Below, in pieces: positions 1 to 7,157 of a DNA stretch of 64,000 nucleotides; the first letter of the stretch is position 1, and each line of letters opens with the position of its first letter. The notes under the pieces were generated by a model. It was not told the origin of the DNA, did not search any database, and saw only the letters and a program-made list of their open reading frames with translations. The stretch spans positions 384,001-448,000 of the forward strand of contig JBNGBT010000001.1 in NCBI GenBank assembly GCA_049903315.1, given 5' to 3'. This DNA is from Candidatus Cloacimonadota bacterium. Lineage in GTDB: Bacteria > Cloacimonadota > Cloacimonadia > JGIOTU-2. The position numbers and the translations under genes were made by a program.

Positions 1-251
1 TGAAAAATAGAGATTGGATTTGATTGTTCGGTTTTGTGAGAAACCATTTTTGTGAGTAGTCATTGACCACTCCATGACTTTAGCCGGGTTTGGATTATGG
101 AAGCCCGAATAATTTTTTATTGACAACAGAAAAAGTCTGTTTTTGTTACAGTTATTGAATGATGGAATAAGGGAAAATATAAGAATGATTAAAAATGAAA
201 AGATGTATTTTAAAAATATTTAATTAAAATCATGCAAATAAATGAGAATCT

Positions 252-1094
252 ATGAACTATATTGGTAAATACGAGATAAATAAAGTATATTGCGGTGATT
301 GCGTAGAACTGATGACATTAATTCCTGATTCATCTATAGATTTAGTAGTTACTTCACCACCATATGATAAAATTCGTTTTTATAAGGGAGATTTGGAATT
401 TGATCTTCATAAAACAGGACAACAAATCTTTAGAGTTTTAAGGGATGGTGGTGTAGCAGTAATGGTTATTCAAGATCAAACAAAAAATTTCGGGAAATCA
501 TTAACTTCATTTAAGACAATAATTGACTGGTGTGACAATATTGGATTCAAATTATTTGAAACAGTGATTTATCGAAAACATGGGTCAGAAGGAGCATGGT
601 GGACGAAGAGGTTTAGAGTTGATCATGAATATATGCCGATATTTTTAAAAGGATATAAACCCAAATATTTTAATAAAGAACCGTTAAAAATTCTCTCAAA
701 GCATGGTGGTAAAGTTATGACAGGTAGTGGTTCGAGAAAAACTAATGGTGAAACACAACCAACTGTAACAAGACAAATAAATCGAAAAAAATGTCGAGGT
801 ACAATATGGGAATATTTAATGGCTGGTGATAAAAATCCGTTAAAGAGGAAACATCCAGCAGTTTTTCCAGACAAGATACCGTATGATTTTATACAATGTT
901 TCTGTCCTGAAAAAGGTGTCGTTTTAGATCCATTTGCCGGTAGTGGATCAACTTTAGTTATGGCAAAAAAACTTAACCGTAATTTTATTGGATTTGATAT
1001 TGTACCAGAATATTGTGATTTAGCAAATGAACGCTTGAAAAAAGAAACTAATGAAGATCAAACAAACATTTTTTCAAACATAAAAAAAAAATAA
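252..1094 (+). CDS. Site-specific DNA methyltransferase, beta class (N4-C/N6-A, N6_N4_Mtase family)
   Basis: Catalytic motif IV (DLVVTSPPY) lies N-terminal to HPAVFP and SAM-binding motif I (VLDPFAGSGST), which is the beta permutation; SPPY is typical of m4C enzymes. Confidence 0.93.
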   Translation: MNYIGKYEINKVYCGDCVELMTLIPDSSIDLVVTSPPYDKIRFYKGDLEFDLHKTGQQIFRVLRDGGVAVMVIQDQTKNFGKSLTSFKTIIDWCDNIGFKLFETVIYRKHGSEGAWWTKRFRVDHEYMPIFLKGYKPKYFNKEPLKILSKHGGKVMTGSGSRKTNGETQPTVTRQINRKKCRGTIWEYLMAGDKNPLKRKHPAVFPDKIPYDFIQCFCPEKGVVLDPFAGSGSTLVMAKKLNRNFIGFDIVPEYCDLANERLKKETNEDQTNIFSNIKKK

Positions 1095-1104
1095 AGGTTA
1101 TAAT

Positions 1105-2130
1105 ATGGCTATTCAAGATTTAATAAAAGATAAAACAGACCAAATTGATTATGAATCTATTTGTGCAAAGTATAGTTGGATTTTAGAAGAGAATCATTGT
1201 TGCGTTTTAAGTCCTGATAGCGACGGATTCCTTTGTGGTTTATTTATGTCGATGTTCCGCAATTGGAAAATTGTGGGTTTTTATGATGGGAAAGTATCAG
1301 TGGTGAATAAAAAGTATATAAATGAAAATCCTATATTTTTGGATATTGAAATATTCAGAAATGAAATTCGTAGTATGGGGCACCACATGTTATTAGTTAA
1401 TAAAAAACATGTACCCGACGAATGGAAAAATTTTGATAATTGTATTCAACCAAATAATTTACGAAAATATGATGGAAGGAGTAATTTCAGATTAAAATAC
1501 CCATTAGCAACAATCCATATGCTAATAAGTATTGTTTCATATAAATTAAAAGATATCACAATTCCTGAATCAGCTATACCTCCATTATTTTTTACAGACG
1601 GTGTATTTAACGTTTTGTTCCGTTACCCAGAAAATGTTTTGAACTGGTTAAATTATTTAAGGATCAATGAAAGTTGGAACCCACTAAAAGCAATTTTTGA
1701 GAATGACAGATATAGCGTTTTTACATTAATGAAGGAAATGGACAATTTTTTTCGTAGAAGAGATGCCATAAGTATCAGTAAAGAGCGGGGTGATAGACTA
1801 AGGATTTCAAACAAAGATGGTACACCTGCAAACATTGAAAAAATTTCAAGTGGTAATTGCATTATTAATTCAGATGCGAAAAAGAGAATTCTTGATTTTA
1901 TGCAAATTTTATCTGATTTAACTGAATGGGAATATAAAAAACATGATTGGTTTTGCTGGGAAGATATGAAATTTTATCAATTTAAAAAAGGTGATTTCAA
2001 AAGTGATAAAAAAACGATTACAATTCAAAATTTCAAAGAATTTATTGAAAAAAAGCCATTATCATGGGCAATGACAAGTGGTGACAATATTGAATATACT
2101 CTTGAGGAGCCAGACAAACTATTTAAATGA
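1105..2130 (+). CDS. Hypothetical protein, divergent DHH-superfamily phosphoesterase/nuclease-like
   Basis: 341-aa ORF with DHH-like motifs in the expected order: LSPDSDG (DxDG), FLDIE, MGHH, and LFFTDG; starts 10 bp after the MTase stop. Confidence 0.55.
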   Translation: MAIQDLIKDKTDQIDYESICAKYSWILEENHCCVLSPDSDGFLCGLFMSMFRNWKIVGFYDGKVSVVNKKYINENPIFLDIEIFRNEIRSMGHHMLLVNKKHVPDEWKNFDNCIQPNNLRKYDGRSNFRLKYPLATIHMLISIVSYKLKDITIPESAIPPLFFTDGVFNVLFRYPENVLNWLNYLRINESWNPLKAIFENDRYSVFTLMKEMDNFFRRRDAISISKERGDRLRISNKDGTPANIEKISSGNCIINSDAKKRILDFMQILSDLTEWEYKKHDWFCWEDMKFYQFKKGDFKSDKKTITIQNFKEFIEKKPLSWAMTSGDNIEYTLEEPDKLFK

Positions 2131-2301
2131 TATTTGCACAATTATAAGTATACTATATAAAATAACTGTACTAAATGCAACAATCTTTAATTATTTTCTT
2201 TTACATTGTAAGATTGTTTCAATATCCAAGTTGTCGAAGTAATCTACTTAGCCATTTTTATTGACAACCATCCTTTAATCCAAGAATTCATCTCAATCAT
2301 T

Positions 2302-3078
2302 ATGAAAGTACGAGTTTTAGCAAGCGGCAGCAAAGGAAATTGTATCCTGGTTTCAGGGCAGGAATCTGCCCTTTTGGTGGATGCCGGACTGAGCTTGAAA
2401 CGTCTCAAAGAGATACTTTTTGACATTGATTTTCCCATTCAGAATATTCAAGCTGTTATTATATCTCATGAGCATTCTGATCATATAAAAGGTGCCGGCG
2501 CGATTGTCCGAAATCTTGGAATTCCTTTGTATGTTAATGAAACGACTTATCGTGCTGGCCTGAACAGATTTGGCAGAATTAGAGAAGTTAATTATTTCGA
2601 AAATGGCACACGTTTTACGATGCAGAGTTTTTTGATCGAGCCCTTTTCCGTTCCTCATGACAGTGTGGATAGTTCATGCTTTCTGATCTCGGAACGCAGC
2701 AATGAGTGTAAGCTTGCAGTTCTTACTGATCTGGGGTATCCCACTGCACTAGTCAAACAGAAAATGAAGAACCCGAGCACAATAATCCTGGAAAGTAATC
2801 ACGATATTGACATGCTCATTAACGGTCCCTATGCATGGTGGCTCAAACAGCGTGTCAAAGGCAAGCATGGGCATCTTTCAAATGTGCAGGCATCCGAACT
2901 TGTTGACGAGATACTGCATGACGGATTGAAGAATATCGTGCTTGCGCATCTCAGCGAGACAAATAACGAACCGGAGCTTGCTTATCTTGCAATGAAGAAC
3001 TTTCTTGCAAGTAAAAATGCAACGTGCAACCTGTTTGTGGCAGGGCAGTACCAGCCCACAGAATGGATCGAGGTATAA
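2302..3078 (+). CDS. MBL-fold metallo-hydrolase, YycJ/WalJ-like
   Basis: LASGSKGN, SHEHSDHIKG, VPHD, LESNHD, HLSN and LAHLSETNN motifs. Confidence 0.9.
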   Translation: MKVRVLASGSKGNCILVSGQESALLVDAGLSLKRLKEILFDIDFPIQNIQAVIISHEHSDHIKGAGAIVRNLGIPLYVNETTYRAGLNRFGRIREVNYFENGTRFTMQSFLIEPFSVPHDSVDSSCFLISERSNECKLAVLTDLGYPTALVKQKMKNPSTIILESNHDIDMLINGPYAWWLKQRVKGKHGHLSNVQASELVDEILHDGLKNIVLAHLSETNNEPELAYLAMKNFLASKNATCNLFVAGQYQPTEWIEV

Positions 3079-4026
3079 ATGATACCATATCTGTTACTCG
3101 TCGTTGCTTTTATTCTACTCGCCAAAGGTGCGGATATTTTTATCCAGGGCGCATCGAATATTGCTCAATACCTTCGAGTTTCACCATTGTTTGTAGGTCT
3201 GACCATTGCAGCGATCGGCACGAGTGCACCGGAAGCAGCAGTAAGCATAAAAGCGTCACTTGTAGGGGTGAATGGGATTGCATTCGGGAATATTGTCGGC
3301 AGCAATATTGCTAATATCTGTCTGGCGATCGGCATTGCAGCGTTGATCAAACCCCTTCATTTTGAGAGCAGCACCATCAGAAAAGAAAATCCCTTTATGA
3401 TCTTCATCACAGTTCTTATGATGCTGTTTGTGATAAATTTTACACCGCAGAAAACCGGATTTGTCGTAGTGTCGCGCATTGAAGGAATTATATTCCTGTT
3501 GCTTTTTGTTGGATTTCTTTTTTATCTATACAGGATGGCACAGCAAGATCGAAGAGAGAAGCAAACTCACGAAGAAGCTAAAACGTCACTTTTAAAAAAT
3601 ATATCTCTTACTGTTGTTGGGGGTGCTGCGATTGCCTTTGGCGGACATCTGGCTGTGGAAAATGCTACTAAAATTGCATTTTTGTGGGGTGTGAGCGATA
3701 AGGTCATCGGCATGTCTGTTGTTGCGCTGGGAACCTCGATTCCGGAAATCGTGACATCGATCGTTGCAGTAATAAAAGGCAAAGTCTCGATAGCTATCGG
3801 TAATATTGTCGGGAGTAATATTTTCAATATTCTCTTTGTTCTAGGAATAGCTTCAACGATAAAGCCCATTGTCCTTGGTTCTGATGTCGTAAGGGATGCG
3901 GCTGTATGTCTCTTCGTTTCGCTGCTGTTCTTTGCTTCTTCGCGATTTTTGAAAAGCGTGGGTCGTATTCAAGGATTGATATTAATTGTAATTTATGGCG
4001 TATATATATTTTCCCTTTTCAAATAA
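3079..4026 (+). CDS. Calcium/sodium antiporter (YrbG/CaCA family)
   Basis: Two alpha repeats GTSAPE...GNIVGSNI and GTSIPE...GNIVGSNI; multiple TM segments. Confidence 0.92.
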   Translation: MIPYLLLVVAFILLAKGADIFIQGASNIAQYLRVSPLFVGLTIAAIGTSAPEAAVSIKASLVGVNGIAFGNIVGSNIANICLAIGIAALIKPLHFESSTIRKENPFMIFITVLMMLFVINFTPQKTGFVVVSRIEGIIFLLLFVGFLFYLYRMAQQDRREKQTHEEAKTSLLKNISLTVVGGAAIAFGGHLAVENATKIAFLWGVSDKVIGMSVVALGTSIPEIVTSIVAVIKGKVSIAIGNIVGSNIFNILFVLGIASTIKPIVLGSDVVRDAAVCLFVSLLFFASSRFLKSVGRIQGLILIVIYGVYIFSLFK

Positions 4027-4090
4027 CTCATATGAAATCGACTAACTTGACGAAAAATTTGACATTACTTTATTTCTGGGCGGAGGTACA

Positions 4091-5272
4091 TTGATAAAAG
4101 TAATTCAAGAAAAATGCATTGGGTGCAGTAAGTGTATACCTGTATGTCCTTATCAGGCAATTACGCTTGTGGACAAAAAAGCAGTAATTGATTTGAACGC
4201 ATGCACTCTTTGCAGTGCGTGTGTGCCCGAGTGTCCGGTCGATGCGATAATCATTGAGAAAAGCCAGGAACAGGCAGTAAATCTTGCTGATTATTCCGGT
4301 GTCATGGTTTTTGCCGAACAGAAATTTGGCACGATCATGCCCATATCTTTTGAGATGCTCAGCAAGGCACACGAACTTGCTGAAGCGCTTGGCAAACAAG
4401 TCACTGCAGCATTGCTCGGATATAACTTTCATGACCAGGCAGAGGAGCTTATCCATTATGGCGCTGATAAAGTAATAGTTGTCGATGATGCATTTCTTGA
4501 AAATTTTCTTGATGAACCTTATACACAAGCCCTTGCACATATAGTGAACAAATACAAGCCGGAAATACTCCTCAGCGGTGCAACAGCGATCGGACGTTCC
4601 TTTGTTCCGCGATTAGCAGTTGAGCTTCAAACCGGACTGACTGCGGACTGCACTGATCTGGATATTGATCCTGAAAATATGGAACTTATTCAGACTCGAC
4701 CTGCCTTTGGCGGCAATATCATGGCAAAGATACGAACCACGAATTATCGACCTCAAATGGCAACGGTCCGGCACAAGGTCTTCGATCATCTCCCAAAGGA
4801 TGAATCAAGAAAAGGGCAGATTATTCAAGAAAAAGTAACCTTTGATGCAACAAAATTCTTGTCTAAATTTTTGGAATATATAAAAGATGAAACTCAAAGT
4901 GTGAAGATCACGGATGCTGATATTATTGTGACAGGTGGTCGTGGTATTAAATGTGCAGAGAATTTTTCTTTGATAAAAGAACTTGCATCGACATTGGGTG
5001 CTGCTGTCGGCGCATCCAGGGCTGCGGTCGATGCTGGCTGGATGGAATATTCCCACCAGGTCGGGCAGACCGGTAAGACAGTCAAACCGAAGATATATGT
5101 TGCATGTGGAGTTTCCGGAGCAATTCAGCATCTTGTTGGTATGCAGTCATCAGATATTATCATTGCGATCAATAAAGACAAAGATGCTCCGATCTTCAAG
5201 GTCGCAGATGTCGGCATCGTTGGTGATCTTTTTGAAGTGATCCCTCAGCTCATTAAACAGCTTTCTCGATAA
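4091..5272 (+). CDS. etfA: Electron transfer flavoprotein alpha subunit with N-terminal 2x[4Fe-4S] ferredoxin domain
   Basis: CIGCSKCIPVCP and CTLCSACVPECP, then ETF-alpha motifs GLTADC, RPAFGGN, QVGQTGK, GVSGAIQH; TTG start preceded by GGAGG. Confidence 0.95.
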   Translation: MIKVIQEKCIGCSKCIPVCPYQAITLVDKKAVIDLNACTLCSACVPECPVDAIIIEKSQEQAVNLADYSGVMVFAEQKFGTIMPISFEMLSKAHELAEALGKQVTAALLGYNFHDQAEELIHYGADKVIVVDDAFLENFLDEPYTQALAHIVNKYKPEILLSGATAIGRSFVPRLAVELQTGLTADCTDLDIDPENMELIQTRPAFGGNIMAKIRTTNYRPQMATVRHKVFDHLPKDESRKGQIIQEKVTFDATKFLSKFLEYIKDETQSVKITDADIIVTGGRGIKCAENFSLIKELASTLGAAVGASRAAVDAGWMEYSHQVGQTGKTVKPKIYVACGVSGAIQHLVGMQSSDIIIAINKDKDAPIFKVADVGIVGDLFEVIPQLIKQLSR

Positions 5273-5301
5273 TAATTTTATGTAATATAAAGTTGGTAAA
5301 C

Positions 5302-6516
5302 ATGGAATTTACAAATATTTTAGTTGTGAAAAATGCCAAAGAGCATGGAGTGGAAAATCTCTATGTGACAAACGGCAAGTATTCTGCTAAGTCCTATGAT
5401 AAAATACAGGCAGATTGTGCCGGGCTTGTTGCGTATCCCTCGCTCATCAATATTCATGATCATCTTGTGGGGAACTGGGTGCCCAAAGGTGGACCAAGTA
5501 GACCGTATGAAAACACGAGTGTGTGGGTGCAGGAGCTCAATGATTCCGAGCCGGTTAAAGAGCGTGATAAATATCTGAAAAATCCGGTGAGTCATCTGCT
5601 CGAAGATGCGGGAATGGACCTGGCAATGCTTGGGGTGTACAAAAATATTTTTTCAGGCGTAACCGTTGTTCAAGATCATGTGCCGCGCCAGAAAGAAGAG
5701 TATTATCAGCATTTTCCAATAAAGATCATTTCCGATTTCCAGCAAGGACACTCTATAACTGGTAAGAACTGGTGGGGAGGTGACGAGCTTCCCGAAGAGA
5801 TGAAAAAAACCAAAGGGAAGATACCTTTTATTATTCATCTGGCTGAAGGCAGTGATGATTCAGCTCGCAATGAGTTTGACGGACTGGTAGAGCAGGGACT
5901 TCTAAAAAGCAATTCGATCCTTGTTCACTGCACGGCACTTACGACCGAGCAGTTCAAAAAACTCAAAGAGGTTGGCGCAAGCATTGCATGGTGTCCGAAT
6001 TCCAATATATATCTGCTTGGAATCACCCTGGATATTGATACAGTTCTGAAATTGGGGATCAATATCTGTCTTGGAACAGATTCGACATTATCAGGAAGTA
6101 CAAATTTATTGAAAGAGATCATTTACACGAAGCAGACATTCCCGGAAATCTCCAATAGAACACTTTTTAAAATGGTGACAGAGAATCCTGCAAAAGCGCT
6201 TATGCTCGATACGTATCATGGGAAAATCGAACCGGATGTTGATGCAAATTTGCTCCTGACCAGAATGAACAAAAAAGATCCCTATGAAAATTTTGTTTCA
6301 CTCAATTCATGTGATATCGAGCTTCTCATGTATACAGGCAAGCCGATTTTCGGAAAGGTCGAATATTTGAAATATTTCTCCTGGGATGCGAAAGATTATC
6401 ATCTCTTTGAATGCAACGATTGCAAAATGTTCGTGACAGGTCATCCCGAAGAGATACTGAAAAAGATAGAAAAAAAGTTAGGATATAAAAAACACTTCGA
6501 TTATCTGCCATTTTGA
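5302..6516 (+). CDS. Amidohydrolase family metal-dependent hydrolase (deaminase-like)
   Basis: INIHDHL (HxH), IHLAEG, LVHC, CPNSN, LGTDS and T-NPAKAL motifs; ATG at 5302 preferred over TTG at 5293. Confidence 0.85.
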   Translation: MEFTNILVVKNAKEHGVENLYVTNGKYSAKSYDKIQADCAGLVAYPSLINIHDHLVGNWVPKGGPSRPYENTSVWVQELNDSEPVKERDKYLKNPVSHLLEDAGMDLAMLGVYKNIFSGVTVVQDHVPRQKEEYYQHFPIKIISDFQQGHSITGKNWWGGDELPEEMKKTKGKIPFIIHLAEGSDDSARNEFDGLVEQGLLKSNSILVHCTALTTEQFKKLKEVGASIAWCPNSNIYLLGITLDIDTVLKLGINICLGTDSTLSGSTNLLKEIIYTKQTFPEISNRTLFKMVTENPAKALMLDTYHGKIEPDVDANLLLTRMNKKDPYENFVSLNSCDIELLMYTGKPIFGKVEYLKYFSWDAKDYHLFECNDCKMFVTGHPEEILKKIEKKLGYKKHFDYLPF

Positions 6517-7148
6517 TGGAACTATCTGAAATTTTTTATAGTTTACAAGGGGAGTCCTCATACGCGGGACTCCCTTGTGTTTTTGTGCGCCTGGCGGGGT
6601 GTAATTTGCGCTGCACATACTGCGATACAAAGTATGCGTATGAATCTGGATTCACACTATCAATTAAGGATATCATAAAAGAAATTGAGAAATATCATCC
6701 AGTGAAGCTTATAGAAATTACTGGTGGAGAGCCGCTTTTTCAAAGCGAAGTTATTGAGCTTATGCAGCTTTTGATAAAGAAAAAGTATACCGTCCTGCTG
6801 GAAACCAACAACTCGATTTCATTGGGAAATGTGCCAAAGCAAGTTGTTAAAATTGTTGATTTTAAAACACCTTCCAGCGGTATGAGCGATAAGATGTTGT
6901 GGGATAATATTCAGTATTTCAATGAACATGATGAGCTTAAATTTGTTATTTCTGACAGTGAGGATTTTGATTGGTCGATTCGTGTTATTGAAAAATACAA
7001 TCTATTAAAATTTCAGATACTGTTTTCTCCAGTTTTTAATAAACTTGATGTGACTAAGTTAGCAGATTGGATTCGAGAAACAAAAAAGAATATTCGATTG
7101 AATTTACAATTACATAAATTATTGTGGGGTAATAAGCGGGGAGTATAG
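6516..7148 (+). CDS. queE: 7-carboxy-7-deazaguanine synthase (radical SAM)
   Basis: EIFYSLQGE, FVRLAGCNLRCTYCDT, TGGEPL, LETN and QLHK motifs; ATG overlaps the upstream TGA (TGATG). Confidence 0.88.
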   Translation: MELSEIFYSLQGESSYAGLPCVFVRLAGCNLRCTYCDTKYAYESGFTLSIKDIIKEIEKYHPVKLIEITGGEPLFQSEVIELMQLLIKKKYTVLLETNNSISLGNVPKQVVKIVDFKTPSSGMSDKMLWDNIQYFNEHDELKFVISDSEDFDWSIRVIEKYNLLKFQILFSPVFNKLDVTKLADWIRETKKNIRLNLQLHKLLWGNKRGV

Positions 7149-7157
7149 GATTCAAAA

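Noticed and set aside
66..107. CCATGACTTTAGCCGGG, vaguely like IS200/IS605 or REP end palindromes, plus a weak CGGGTTT/AAGCCCG stem
   Set aside because: Too degenerate and no transposase in view; may simply be an upstream gene's terminator
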